Shown here in pieces: positions 9,276-18,614 of a DNA stretch of 34,551 bases. The DNA comes from an uncultured Barnesiella sp. (GTDB taxonomy: Bacteria; Bacteroidota; Bacteroidia; Bacteroidales; Barnesiellaceae_A), in the NCBI GenBank assembly GCA_904502265.1, contig CAJGDT010000001.1:1-34551 (forward strand), given 5' to 3'. A program made the translations under genes and the position numbers. The notes beneath the pieces are model-generated. The model did no database searches. It was given only the letters and a program-made list of their open reading frames with translations, and was not told the origin of the DNA. Every line of letters begins with the position of its first letter. Positions within the stretch are counted from its first letter, which is position 1.

Positions 9276-9611
9276 TTACTCCTCGGTCTCTCTTGCTCGA
9301 GGTATGGCAATAGAGGTATAGAGTTGTAGAAATGCCGATATGGTAAGTAGAACAATCCAGTCGTTACCACCCTTAAACATCAGGTATGACGCAAATATCA
9401 GCATGAGTGTTGCCAAGAGTTCGATGAGAACCAGACGGCGCATGCGAGTGTTCTTGCCACGATAGGGTGTTATGAGACGTATGACCGACATGCCGGCTGC
9501 GCCTACAGCAAAGATGTAGGGAACCCACTCCTCGAAGAGGAAAAGAGGGAGTAAAGCACCTACTACAACGAGCATGGCCGATGCCTTGAAAATGATATCT
9601 TTTATATTCAT
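9276..9611 (-). CDS. small integral membrane protein, unknown function
   Basis: 111 aa with about 4 hydrophobic spans. Preferred over the overlapping 9373-9666 ORF, which is Arg/Ser/His-rich. Confidence 0.6.
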   Translation of the reverse strand: MNIKDIIFKASAMLVVVGALLPLFLFEEWVPYIFAVGAAGMSVIRLITPYRGKNTRMRRLVLIELLATLMLIFASYLMFKGGNDWIVLLTISAFLQLYTSIAIPRARETEE

Positions 9612-9622
9612 TACTTTGTGGA

Positions 9623-9979
9623 TTATTGGTTGTTGTTGAGAGTCGGTATATCGGCCGGAGACTCAACTATCAGATATACATCTTCGTAAGGAAGCTGCAT
9701 GCCATGTTTCTCTCGTGCTATGCGGTCTATTGTGACAATGTCCGACTCTGAGTTGTTTATTTCTTCTTGCAGTTGTTTTATCAAAGCCTCCTCTTTAGCA
9801 ATTTCTTGTTTGAGGGTTCTGATATGAGTATCGTTTTCGCAAATGTCTAAGTAACTATTATTCTTGAGAATAAATAGATGCCAGATGACAAAACCCACGA
9901 TGAGTGCTGCCGGGAGGTAGGGAATGATATTATGTTTGATATAGTGCAGTGTGGCTGCAAATTTCTCTTTCATGTTCAT
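9623..9979 (-). CDS. septum formation initiator family protein (FtsB/DivIC-like)
   Basis: 118 aa with a single N-terminal TM, a coiled-coil (IRTLKQEIAKEEALIKQLQEEI), and IDRIAREKHGMQLPYEDV, which resembles the FtsB C-terminal motif. Confidence 0.75.
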   Translation of the reverse strand: MNMKEKFAATLHYIKHNIIPYLPAALIVGFVIWHLFILKNNSYLDICENDTHIRTLKQEIAKEEALIKQLQEEINNSESDIVTIDRIAREKHGMQLPYEDVYLIVESPADIPTLNNNQ

Positions 9980-10000
9980 GATACGTGATGATGGCGTATT

Positions 10001-10708
10001 TTAAAGCAACAATTCGTCGGCCTTGATATATTCGTCGAGGAACTTAGCAACCAAGATGAGGCTGTTTATATCTTTCCACTTGATTTTATTCTCTTTGATA
10101 TATTTGTTGAATGCTTTTTTCTGATCAGATGTGAGCAATTCGTTGACACCTCGTTTGTTAGCTTGACATATTGCACGATCGTTTACAACCATAACAGTGC
10201 GGTTGATGGTTGGTAGGGTTCTTGTATTGTATTTGTTTTGAGTCATCTCTTTATAACGAAGTGCTGCCATGTTTCCGTGGTCGTTGAACGAAGCTACATT
10301 TTGTGTAGAAGCTGTTGTGGTAGGAGAACCGTATGCTCCACTACCATCGTTCAGTGCATTGAAGTCGCATTGACAAGTAGTGCCAATAACCACATAGTCT
10401 GTTTTGTGTAGACATGTAACATAGAGGTTTCCACGGCGTATCAATACGGTTTGATCTTCGCATACTACCGAGTCGATCTTATTACCGTCATGAGCAAGCA
10501 TGATTTTGTCGTTGTCGGTAAAGTGTAAGTCGTTTTTGATCAAATGCACGTTGATATTGGCACTTTCGGCCTTGCCATCGTTGTAATATACAATAGCAGG
10601 TTTAAAATCTTGGAACATATAGGGCCAACCCTCAGTAGGTTCGTATTCACGTGCATAGCCGGCTATGGTGGCGCATATAAACAATGCGATTGATACAAAT
10701 TTTTTCAT
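10001..10708 (-). CDS. secreted hypothetical protein
   Basis: 235 aa with an N-terminal signal peptide (MKKFVSIALFICATIAGYA). No recognisable motif. Confidence 0.65.
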   Translation of the reverse strand: MKKFVSIALFICATIAGYAREYEPTEGWPYMFQDFKPAIVYYNDGKAESANINVHLIKNDLHFTDNDKIMLAHDGNKIDSVVCEDQTVLIRRGNLYVTCLHKTDYVVIGTTCQCDFNALNDGSGAYGSPTTTASTQNVASFNDHGNMAALRYKEMTQNKYNTRTLPTINRTVMVVNDRAICQANKRGVNELLTSDQKKAFNKYIKENKIKWKDINSLILVAKFLDEYIKADELLL

Positions 10709-10932
10709 AACTTATTTGGATTAATGTTTGACTTCGAGCAACGAATTTACGCATATTTTTTAATTTTTATATGGTTTTGTTTTTTATTTTATTGCGAGAG
10801 GGTTGTTTTTAAACATTTTTAGTTCATTTAAGTCTAATAACAGGCGATTGAGGATGTCGATATTATTATATATAATAGGTGTTTCTATGTGTTAATTTAA
10901 TAAATATTTGAGAGTCTAAAGCGAAAATAACG

Positions 10933-10940
10933 TATCTTTG
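10933..10940 (+). promoter_or_regulatory. Bacteroidota -7 promoter box TATCTTTG upstream of the M16 peptidase
   Basis: Exact TAnnTTTG, ending 33 nt before the ATG at 10973. Confidence 0.55.
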
Positions 10941-10972
10941 CAGTCTGGAAAACAATAATCACTAAATAACTT

Positions 10973-13888
10973 ATGAATATGAAAACAAGAAAATTAGGCA
11001 TGCTGTTGCTGTTGCTCATCACCACCTGCTTCTATTCGGTGGCGCAATTGAGCACCTTTACTTTGCGTAATGGCGCAACAGTTTACATCTGGGAAGACAA
11101 GTCGCAACCCGATGTGTATGGTATGGTTACCTTCAATGTAGGTTCTATTGACGATCCTGTACAATATACAGGTTTGGCTCACTACCTCGAACACGTTATG
11201 TTTAAAGGTACACAAACAATAGGTGCTCTTGACTGGGGTAAAGAGAAACCCTTGTATGAGCAAATTATTGCCAAATATGACGAGATGGCAGCTACCACTG
11301 ATGTTAAGGCTAAGGAGGCTCTTGGTCTTGAAATCAATAAACTCTCGGTAGAAGCTGCTCAATATGCCGCTGCCAATGAGTTTACTTTGTTGGTAGACGG
11401 TATGGGTGGTCAAGGTCTTAATGCAGGTACCGGTTATGACCAAACTATGTACTACAATACATTCCCTCCCACACAACTCGAAAAGTGGTTGGAGCTTTAT
11501 AGCGAGCGTCTTCTCGATCCCGTATTCCGTGGCTTCCAAACAGAGCTTGAGGCTGTGTATGAGGAGTATAACATGTACCAAGATAACATAGGTTCGAACC
11601 TCTCTCAATTTATCTTTGGTGAGGCTTTCAAGGGCACTCCCTATGGTCGTCCTATCATTGGTTTGCCCGAGCACTTGAAAAATCCCAGCTTGAGCAACTT
11701 GATTAACTTCTATGAGGACTGGTATGGTCCCGAAAATATGGCTATTATTCTTGTTGGTAATCTCGATGCTGCCAAGGCTGTGTCGCTCGTTCGTCAAAAG
11801 TTTGAGCGTATTCCTCGTCGCGGTGTTCAAACACACGCCGAGATCAATCGCACTCCCTTCAGCGGTCGCAAGGTTATCTCTGAGAAACTTTTCTACCAAC
11901 CCTTTGTAGCTATGGTTTACAATGGTGTTGCTTCAAACTCGGCCGACGAAATCGCCTTGTCGGTAGCTACACAATTGCTCACCAACGGCCAATCAACCGG
12001 TATTCTCGACAAACTCGCCGTTGATGGTACTATCATGGGTGCTGCTGCATCGCCTGTGTCATTCCGTAACGCCGGTATCGTAATGCTCCAAATCTTCCCC
12101 GCTTTCGACCAAAGCCAAGGCAAATATGACAGCCATGCTTCGGTTGAGAAGATGATGGTTAATGCTATCGAGCAATTGCGCAGTGGTGCATTTACAGTTG
12201 AACAACTTGAGGCCGTGAAGAATGCGATGATTCGCGACTTCCAATTGGGTATGGAGTCGAACAATGCCAAGGCTCAAAATCTCTCGAATCTCTTCAATAC
12301 AGGTACTAACCCCGTAGAACTTGTAAACTATACTCAAAACGTTGCTGCTATTACTCCCGAGGATATTATCAACGTGGTAAACAAATACCTTAACAACGAT
12401 GTTTTGGTAGTAAATGTACAAGAGATAAGAGGCGACCGTAAGGTGACAAAACTCGACAAGGTTGCTAAACCCGGTTATCAACCCGTTGAGGCTGTTCGTG
12501 GTGTGAAGAGTGAGTATGCTCAATACCTCGAGTCAATGGAAGTTCCCGCTCCCGAGCCCGACTATTGTGACTTCAGCTCAGTACAAGAGCGTCCTATCAA
12601 TACTCGCAGTAAACTCTATTATACAGAAAATCCCGAGAACGAGGTTTATAGCCTTACATTGCGTTATGGTGTAGGTACTCGTCGCATGCCTATCTTGGCT
12701 TATGCCGTTCCTTTGATGAACAACGCCGGTACAATGGCTCACCTCACTCCCTACGAGTTTAAGCAAGCATTGGCTCACCTCAATACTACTATCAACTACT
12801 CGGTATCTAAGGACTATATGACTGTAACACTCTATGGTTCGGAGAGCTCGCTTACAGCTGCTTGCCAACTCTTGCAGCGTCAAATTCTCATGCCCCAATT
12901 GGACGAGAAGCAATTGCAAGGTATCATTGGTCAAGAGTATAGCTCACGTATGAGCGAGAAGGAGAGCGTAGAGTCGCAACAACAAGCCTTGATGCAATAC
13001 ATGCTCTATGGTCAAAACTCAGACTTCCTTAACCGTATGCCTCTCCAAAAGGTAGTAGAACTCTCGGCCGGTGAGTTGTCTGCAGCCTTCCGTGAGGCTA
13101 CCAACTATGAGTTTACTGCTCACTATGTAGGTACAATGCCCTTCGAGCAAGTATATCAAATCTTGAGCACCAACTTGCCTCTTATCGAGAACGAGACTGT
13201 ATCTCACTCACCCGAGGTAATGGACCGTGAAGAATATACTGAGAATACTATCTACTTCTTGCCCAATGACAAGGCTAAACAAAGCAACATCTACTTCTTT
13301 GTAGAGGGTCAACCCTTCGATATCAATGAGTCTATCACAATGGAAGCCTTTACAACATACTTCGGTGCCGGTTTCGGTAGCCTCGTTGTAGACGAGATTC
13401 GTGAGAAACGTGCTATGGCTTATACTGCTTATGGTGCTGTGAATGCTCCCCAATTGCCCGGTAAAGATTGGATGTTTATGGGTTATGTAGGCACACAAGC
13501 TGACAAGACTCTCGAAGCATTGCAAGTATACACCGACTTGTTGAACGACATGCCTCAAGCTCGTGAAAACTTTGACGTAATCAAGACCAACATGCGCGAG
13601 TCGCTCTTGAGCGAGAAGCCCGGTTTCCGTAACCGTAGCATGGTGTTTGAGTACTGGAAGCGCATGGGCTACACTCAAGACCCCGCTATCGACAACATGA
13701 AGCGCATCGAAGAACTTTCTTTCGACGATGTTGTGAAGTTCTACGAAGAGAATATCAAGGGCAAACCTATTGCTATTGCTATTGTAGGTAGTCCTAAGGA
13801 TGTTAAGGAGAAAGACTTGGCTAAGTTTGGTAAAGTTGTTAAGATCAAACGTAGCGAACTCTACACCGACGATTCGCTCTCGTTCTAA
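10973..13888 (+). CDS. M16 (pitrilysin/insulinase) family zinc peptidase, secreted
   Basis: 971 aa with a signal peptide and the inverted zinc motif HxxEH (HYLEHVMFKGT). It has the double-length M16 architecture. Confidence 0.9.
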   Translation: MNMKTRKLGMLLLLLITTCFYSVAQLSTFTLRNGATVYIWEDKSQPDVYGMVTFNVGSIDDPVQYTGLAHYLEHVMFKGTQTIGALDWGKEKPLYEQIIAKYDEMAATTDVKAKEALGLEINKLSVEAAQYAAANEFTLLVDGMGGQGLNAGTGYDQTMYYNTFPPTQLEKWLELYSERLLDPVFRGFQTELEAVYEEYNMYQDNIGSNLSQFIFGEAFKGTPYGRPIIGLPEHLKNPSLSNLINFYEDWYGPENMAIILVGNLDAAKAVSLVRQKFERIPRRGVQTHAEINRTPFSGRKVISEKLFYQPFVAMVYNGVASNSADEIALSVATQLLTNGQSTGILDKLAVDGTIMGAAASPVSFRNAGIVMLQIFPAFDQSQGKYDSHASVEKMMVNAIEQLRSGAFTVEQLEAVKNAMIRDFQLGMESNNAKAQNLSNLFNTGTNPVELVNYTQNVAAITPEDIINVVNKYLNNDVLVVNVQEIRGDRKVTKLDKVAKPGYQPVEAVRGVKSEYAQYLESMEVPAPEPDYCDFSSVQERPINTRSKLYYTENPENEVYSLTLRYGVGTRRMPILAYAVPLMNNAGTMAHLTPYEFKQALAHLNTTINYSVSKDYMTVTLYGSESSLTAACQLLQRQILMPQLDEKQLQGIIGQEYSSRMSEKESVESQQQALMQYMLYGQNSDFLNRMPLQKVVELSAGELSAAFREATNYEFTAHYVGTMPFEQVYQILSTNLPLIENETVSHSPEVMDREEYTENTIYFLPNDKAKQSNIYFFVEGQPFDINESITMEAFTTYFGAGFGSLVVDEIREKRAMAYTAYGAVNAPQLPGKDWMFMGYVGTQADKTLEALQVYTDLLNDMPQARENFDVIKTNMRESLLSEKPGFRNRSMVFEYWKRMGYTQDPAIDNMKRIEELSFDDVVKFYEENIKGKPIAIAIVGSPKDVKEKDLAKFGKVVKIKRSELYTDDSLSF

Positions 13889-13912
13889 TAAGAGACTGAT
13901 ATAACTCAATGC

Positions 13913-13948
13913 AAAGAGCCATCTTCCGTGCGGAGGTTGGCTCTTTTG
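13913..13948 (+). terminator. rho-independent terminator after the M16 peptidase
   Basis: aaagagcca (13913-13921) pairs with tggctcttt (13938-13946), followed by T-rich sequence. Confidence 0.7.
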
Positions 13949-14061
13949 TGTTATGTATATGTAACGTGCGGTAAGATTGTTGAGTGAGGCGCGATTCTGT
14001 GACAAATGAAGAAATGGAATAAAAATTCAATTAATTTGTTTTGAATATTCTTGCTTTTGTT

Positions 14062-14069
14062 TAATTTTG
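14062..14069 (+). promoter_or_regulatory. Bacteroidota -7 promoter box TAATTTTG upstream of the CotH-like gene
   Basis: Matches TAnnTTTG and ends 31 nt before the ATG at 14100. Confidence 0.5.
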
Positions 14070-14099
14070 TAAAATGTTAATTTCTTAATCACAATAGTT

Positions 14100-15656
14100 A
14101 TGAAGGTAAAAAAGATGTTATTAATGTTGGTAATTTTGATTACCATGCAGGGGTATGGCATGTCGCATAAGGCGACTGATGATGTATATGCTCCTATTAC
14201 TAATCTGCCAACGATATTTATTGATACCGAGAATGGCGCAGCAATAACTAGCAAAGATGATTATGTCAATGCGGTAATTACCGTGAGGGGTGCAGCCAAT
14301 GAGGAGGATAACATAACCGAAGTTCCTGCCGAGATAAAGGGTAGAGGAAACTCGACTTGGAAAATGGCCAAGAAGCCCTATCGACTCAAGTTTGAGGACA
14401 AAATCAACTTTTTGGGAAATGAAGCCAAAGAGAAGAACTGGGTGCTCTTGGCTAACTATGCCGACAAGACATTGTTGCGCAATGCCTTGGCTTTCGAGAC
14501 CGCGCGTGCTTTGTTCAACTTTGAGTTTACTCCGTCTGTTACGTTTGTTGATGTGGTGCTCAATGGCAAGAATATAGGTAGCTATCTGCTCACCGACCAA
14601 GTAGAGGTAAAGAAGAGCCGAGTGTCGGTTATGGAGCAACCGACAACTGTGGTACAAGGCAACCCCGAAATTACCGGAGGATACCTTATTGAGGTGGATG
14701 GATTTGCCGAAAAAGAAATATCTTGGTTCAAGACGGCAAAAGATATGAAGGTAACTATCAAGTATCCCAAGGATGATGAAATCAATGCGTCGCAGAAGAA
14801 CTATATTCAAAACTATACTCAGCGCATGGAGAATGCACTCTTCTCGGAACGGTTTGATGACCCTGAAAAGGGTTGGCGTCATTATATTGATGAAGACTCT
14901 TGGGTCAATTGGTATATTGCTTGCGAGTTGTTTGGCAACTCCGACTCGTGGTGGAGTACCTATATGTATAAGGAGCGTGGCGAAAAGTTTAAGTATGGCC
15001 CTATATGGGATTTCGATATTGCTTTCAACAACGACTATCGCATAGGAAATGCTACCGAAAAGTTTATGCGCTCGGCAGGTTGTGAGCCGAAGACTTGGAT
15101 AAAACGCTGGTGGGAGGATGAGACTTTGCAAAAACAGGTAAAGAAGCGTTGGGTAGAAATGGGCGCCGAAAATATTAAGGAGTTTATGCTCAGTTATATT
15201 GATAGTATGGAGGTCGTATTGGATGAATCGCAGAAAAATAACTACGAGATATGGCCTACACTCGACACTCGTGTGCACTATGAATATTCGGTGCGTGGAT
15301 CGTATGAGGCCGAGGTACAGGCGTTGAGAGAATATGTTGATGCACGTATTAGATTTCTTGATCTGATATGGCGAGTACGTGCCGATATTGACGAGAAGGT
15401 TGTAGATGGAAGTATAATCGAAATGCCATACAACCATATTGAACAAGGCGAAAATATCAGACTGACACGTGTGCAAGGAATGGCAAATGTTGCCATAACC
15501 TTGATTGATGGTAAGGTGGTGTACTCGGCACAACATGTGGCCGATGCCAACAATAATGTTGTAATAGATAGTAGTTCGCTACAGGCCGGATTGTATATTG
15601 TAGTCGCGAGTGATGCTCGGAGCAATGTGTTCAGAGGTCGCTTGCTGGTAGAATAG
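14100..15656 (+). CDS. CotH kinase family protein with probable T9SS C-terminal sorting domain
   Basis: 518 aa with a signal peptide and CotH-like blocks (KKPYRLKF, WVLLANYADKTLLRNALAFE, GGYLIEVD, PIWDFDIAFNN). The C-terminal ~70 aa is a beta-rich tail (ITLIDGKVVYS...LQAGLYIVVAS...RGRLLVE) resembling a type A T9SS CTD. Confidence 0.8.
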   Translation: MKVKKMLLMLVILITMQGYGMSHKATDDVYAPITNLPTIFIDTENGAAITSKDDYVNAVITVRGAANEEDNITEVPAEIKGRGNSTWKMAKKPYRLKFEDKINFLGNEAKEKNWVLLANYADKTLLRNALAFETARALFNFEFTPSVTFVDVVLNGKNIGSYLLTDQVEVKKSRVSVMEQPTTVVQGNPEITGGYLIEVDGFAEKEISWFKTAKDMKVTIKYPKDDEINASQKNYIQNYTQRMENALFSERFDDPEKGWRHYIDEDSWVNWYIACELFGNSDSWWSTYMYKERGEKFKYGPIWDFDIAFNNDYRIGNATEKFMRSAGCEPKTWIKRWWEDETLQKQVKKRWVEMGAENIKEFMLSYIDSMEVVLDESQKNNYEIWPTLDTRVHYEYSVRGSYEAEVQALREYVDARIRFLDLIWRVRADIDEKVVDGSIIEMPYNHIEQGENIRLTRVQGMANVAITLIDGKVVYSAQHVADANNNVVIDSSSLQAGLYIVVASDARSNVFRGRLLVE

Positions 15657-15676
15657 GCAAAAGGTATAGAATAGAG

Positions 15677-15720
15677 CAAAGCCCTATTGCATGGCTATAG
15701 AAGCGGTGCAATAGGGCTTG
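15677..15720. terminator. bidirectional terminator hairpin between convergent genes
   Basis: aagccctattgca pairs with tgcaatagggctt in a 13-bp stem, between the CotH-like stop (15656) and the nitroreductase stop (15742). Confidence 0.7.
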
Positions 15721-15741
15721 TTGTATTGTGGCTTAATGGTC

Positions 15742-16488
15742 TTATTTGAATCCTTGTGTTGCAATAAACTCTCGCCACACTTGTGTAAAGTGTTCGTTGT
15801 CTTTGAGGGTATAGCGTACATCGGTAAATACTTGTGCAAGGGTCTCCTTGTTGTTTTCCTCGACAAAGTGGCGATTGATGGGTAGGGACTCTTTCTCGGC
15901 ATACAACTCTTTGATGCGCTCGAGGGTGTAGTCGTTGTATTGTTCGTGATGGATACAAGCTTCAATAGGAAGGCGCTCGACTTGCTCGGGCATGCCGTCG
16001 GGATATCCTACGGTGAGTGTTGCTACGGGAACAACACGTTGGGGGAGGTTGAGTATCTCTGCTATTTGGGGCGCATTGTAGGTGGTAGTGCCTAAGTAGC
16101 AGCAACCCAATCCGCGAGCCTCGGCAGCAGTGTTGAATTGTTGAGCAACCAAGAGGGCATCAATCATCGCAGTGTTGAACGAAATGAAGTTGTCGTAGCC
16201 GGGTTGAGCGTTGCTTGCCTCACACCATTTGACAAAGCGGTTGAAATCGGCGCAGAAAGTAAGTACGACTGCAGCACTGGTAACAGTGGGTTGGTTGAAG
16301 TGAGTGGGTGCAAGTCGACGTTTCATCTCATCGTCGCGAGTTACGACTACGCTATACAATTGCATGCCGCCTGTAGTAGGAGCTCTAAAGGCTGCTTCGA
16401 AGAGTTCGTTAAGAAGTTCATTGCTTACGGGCGCATTGCTGTATCGTCTGATGGTGCGTCTGTTGCGCAGTAGTTCCATGGTATCCAT
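15742..16488 (-). CDS. NfsA-like nitroreductase family oxidoreductase
   Basis: The start is trimmed to MDTMELLRNRRTIRRYS (ATG at 16488) because the longer ORF runs into the tRNA and its terminator. The nitroreductase N-terminal RRSxR-type motif and a length of 248 aa fit the family. Confidence 0.88.
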   Translation of the reverse strand: MDTMELLRNRRTIRRYSNAPVSNELLNELFEAAFRAPTTGGMQLYSVVVTRDDEMKRRLAPTHFNQPTVTSAAVVLTFCADFNRFVKWCEASNAQPGYDNFISFNTAMIDALLVAQQFNTAAEARGLGCCYLGTTTYNAPQIAEILNLPQRVVPVATLTVGYPDGMPEQVERLPIEACIHHEQYNDYTLERIKELYAEKESLPINRHFVEENNKETLAQVFTDVRYTLKDNEHFTQVWREFIATQGFK

Positions 16489-16540
16489 AATGTTTGAGGA
16501 TGTTGAGGGTTGATGTATGAATAAGGTATATGTAACTATA

Positions 16541-16566
16541 CAAAAAAAGCTGTCGTTTGACAGCTC
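16541..16566 (-). terminator. rho-independent terminator after tRNA-Tyr
   Basis: On the minus strand: agctgtc-aaac-gacagct followed by TTTTTTT. Confidence 0.75.
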
Positions 16567-16572
16567 TCTTTG

Positions 16573-16655
16573 TGGGCGAAGATGGATTCGAACCACCGAA
16601 GGTAAAAACCAGCAGATTTACAGTCTGCCCCATTTGGCCACTCTGGTATTCGCCC
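16573..16655 (-). tRNA. tRNA-Tyr (anticodon GTA), long variable arm
   Basis: The reverse complement reads GGGCGAATACCAGAGTGGCCAAATGGGGCAGACTGTAAATCTGCTGGTTTTTACCTTCGGTGGTTCGAATCCATCTTCGCCCA. The acceptor stem is GGGCGAA/TTCGCCC, the anticodon stem-loop GCAGACTGTAAATCTGC is identical to E. coli tRNA-Tyr, and the T-loop GGTTCGAATCC is present. CCA is not encoded. Confidence 0.93.
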
Positions 16656-16667
16656 CTTTTGCGAGTG

Positions 16668-16675
16668 CAAAGATA
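16668..16675 (-). promoter_or_regulatory. Bacteroidota -7 promoter box TATCTTTG driving tRNA-Tyr
   Basis: The reverse complement of caaagata lies 13 nt upstream of the tRNA 5' end. Confidence 0.6.
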
Positions 16676-16786
16676 AGCATAAAAGTATCAATTATGCAAC
16701 TTTATAGCGCGCTTTTTTTGCAATATTTTCAACTTTTTTGCTGGCTCGTTCGCAATATGCTGTTATACAGCGCGTTGTATTGCTTT

Positions 16787-17296
16787 CTACTTTGCGTCGC
16801 TGAGTGACAAGATTGTCATATTTGTCATCTTTAGTGCGGTTGCGGCGCATTCGCTACCCTTGTTACCCATGCAACCACCTGCTCGGTCGAGGGCTTGTTG
16901 CATATTGTTGGTGGTAATGACGCCAAATATTACGGGTACGCTTTCTTTGAGGTTTAACTCGGTGACGCCATGTGTCACACTATCGCACACATAATCGAAG
17001 TGGGGTGTATCGCCACGTACTACGCAACCCAATACGATTACGGCATCGGGTTTGGTGTTAACGATCATGCGTTTAGCTCCGTAGGTTAGCTCTACAGTAC
17101 CGGGAACGCGCGAAATAAGGATATTCTCGGGGCATACTCCATGTTGAGTGAGAGTTTCGATGGCACCTTGCATGAGCGGAGAGATTATATTGTCGTTCCA
17201 CTCGGCGGCAACGATACCAACTTTGAGTTTCTTGCAGTGTTCAACAGAGGGCATGCCGGCTGTAAATACTTGCATATTGTCACTTACATTTGCCAT
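16787..17296 (-). CDS. ribH: 6,7-dimethyl-8-ribityllumazine synthase
   Basis: 169 aa. The sequence VGIVAAEWNDNI...VPGTVELTY...VIVLGCVVRGDTPHFDYVC is the typical RibH signature. Confidence 0.95.
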   Translation of the reverse strand: MANVSDNMQVFTAGMPSVEHCKKLKVGIVAAEWNDNIISPLMQGAIETLTQHGVCPENILISRVPGTVELTYGAKRMIVNTKPDAVIVLGCVVRGDTPHFDYVCDSVTHGVTELNLKESVPVIFGVITTNNMQQALDRAGGCMGNKGSECAATALKMTNMTILSLSDAK

Positions 17297-17310
17297 AGTA
17301 GTAGGTATTT

Positions 17311-17346
17311 TATAAAAAGGGGCTGTGTTGTTACGCAGCCCCTTTG
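17311..17346 (-). terminator. rho-independent terminator after the TPR gene
   Basis: aaaggggctg (17316-17325) pairs with cagccccttt (17336-17345). The minus strand is followed by TTTTT. Confidence 0.75.
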
Positions 17347-17371
17347 ATATTGTGTATACTTTGTTGCTTGA

Positions 17372-18028
17372 TTATTTTACACGCTCAATGTATGAGTCGA
17401 TAGTAGCCGCTTGTTGAGAAGTGGGATACTCTTTCTTGATTTGCTCGTATACTTTCAAAGCAGCAGCTTTGTCACCGAGTTTCTCATAAACGTTGGCGGC
17501 TTTGAACAAATAGATGGGTGAGAATACCTCGTTGTTGGCAGATTTAGCAGCCTTTTCGAAGTATTTTACAGCCTCGGCTGCATTGTCCATGTTTACGAGA
17601 GCGTTACCGATAGCAGCGGTAACTGCGGGAGCTATCAAAGCATCGTTTGCGCTGAACTTGCTCAAGTAAGTCTTGGCATTTTCATAGTCGCCCATCTCGT
17701 AGTATGCCAAACCGGCGTATACGTTGGCAATGTTGCCGGCTTTAGTTGAGCCATAGTTGTCGATAACTGTAAGCAAGCCATCGAACTCTTCGTTGCCGTT
17801 AAGGGCGAGTTCGTAAGACTCTTGCTCAAATACCAATACTGATTGGAACAAAGCCTCTTGAGCCTTTTCTTCGCGAGGCTCAAAGTAGAATTGTTTCACT
17901 GCCAAAAACAATGCAATAACTGCAATGATTGCTACCAATACAGACATGATTGTCTTTTGGTTTTTTACTAAAAATCTTTCTGATGACGAAACTTCATGTA
18001 CCATTTCGTCTTTCTTTTGTTCTGTCAT
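17372..18028 (-). CDS. membrane-anchored tetratricopeptide-repeat protein (YfgM-like)
   Basis: 218 aa with an N-terminal TM (IMSVLVAIIAVIALFLAV) followed by TPR-like Ala/Tyr-rich helices. The ribH-adjacent position is common in Bacteroidales. Confidence 0.75.
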   Translation of the reverse strand: MTEQKKDEMVHEVSSSERFLVKNQKTIMSVLVAIIAVIALFLAVKQFYFEPREEKAQEALFQSVLVFEQESYELALNGNEEFDGLLTVIDNYGSTKAGNIANVYAGLAYYEMGDYENAKTYLSKFSANDALIAPAVTAAIGNALVNMDNAAEAVKYFEKAAKSANNEVFSPIYLFKAANVYEKLGDKAAALKVYEQIKKEYPTSQQAATIDSYIERVK

Positions 18029-18082
18029 ATTCTTGTATTATTTTTTATTCCTTGTTTCTGAGTGCATTTTGCATTCGACCGA

Positions 18083-18090
18083 CAAAATTA
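18083..18090 (-). promoter_or_regulatory. Bacteroidota -7 promoter box TAATTTTG upstream of the TPR gene
   Basis: The reverse complement of caaaatta lies 55 nt upstream of the ATG at 18028. Confidence 0.4.
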
Positions 18091-18170
18091 ATTGTTTTCT
18101 TTTGATATACGAAATTTCGCGCTCATTTTTTTACTTACAAATTGCTAATAATGCTCGTAATTGCGCAATT

Positions 18171-18614
18171 TTACCCTTTTCGGAATCTTGATGCCATCAA
18201 AATGCCTGTTGTTGACAATATTGTTATTGCCATGATAATGAGATGGTATGCCCACGAAGGTGTTGATTTGCTCTCTATCTCATTGGGTGGATGTCGGTAT
18301 GGAATGGAATCGATGGTGTGTATTTCTTGCATTTGTATAGTTATGCTGTCTTGTCGAGGTTCGATGGTGAGAGTGTGGTGTAGAGTACCGTTTGAGATAG
18401 TGGCCATGCTGTGTGCTCCATTGCCTTGCAGCAGACTTGTGGTGTCGGAGGTGCGATTGCTGTGTGATTCGCCTTGGGTAACTATCTCTATTATAGTGTC
18501 TCTCAGGGTTATGTACTCTTTGTGACTCCTATCGGTGGGAATGTATATGGTCTTGGTACATGCTATTGTGCCGGCGAGGCCAAGGATTGTAACAATAGTG
18601 ATTAGTTGTTTCAT
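18171..18614 (-). CDS. lipoprotein with C-terminal transmembrane anchor (unimolecular-spanin-like topology)
   Basis: The start is trimmed to MKQLITIVTILGLAGTIAC (lipobox-like Cys), giving 147 aa. The middle is Thr/Ser/His/Ile-rich, with a C-terminal TM WAYHLIIMAITILSTTGILMA followed by SRFRKG. The ATG overlaps the endolysin TGA (ATGA). Confidence 0.6.
   Translation of the reverse strand: MKQLITIVTILGLAGTIACTKTIYIPTDRSHKEYITLRDTIIEIVTQGESHSNRTSDTTSLLQGNGAHSMATISNGTLHHTLTIEPRQDSITIQMQEIHTIDSIPYRHPPNEIESKSTPSWAYHLIIMAITILSTTGILMASRFRKG

Noticed and set aside
10994-14005. Minus-strand ORFs of 301 aa, 117-154 aa and 265 aa
   Set aside because: All are antisense to the M16 peptidase gene, which has the HxxEH motif and a signal peptide. 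They are shadow ORFs.
14121-15536. 471-aa minus-strand ORF
   Set aside because: Antisense to the CotH-like gene. The plus-strand frame carries the family motifs, signal peptide and CTD.
16489-16596. N-terminal extension of the nitroreductase ORF (284-aa version)
   Set aside because: The extension would run through the tRNA-Tyr terminator and into the tRNA gene. The internal MDTMELLRNRRTIRRY start matches the family N-terminus.
18159-18170. 12-bp palindrome AATTGCGCAATT next to the spanin-like stop codon
   Set aside because: It is short, AT-rich apart from the centre, has no T-tract and no second copy in the window. Evidence is insufficient for a terminator or operator call.
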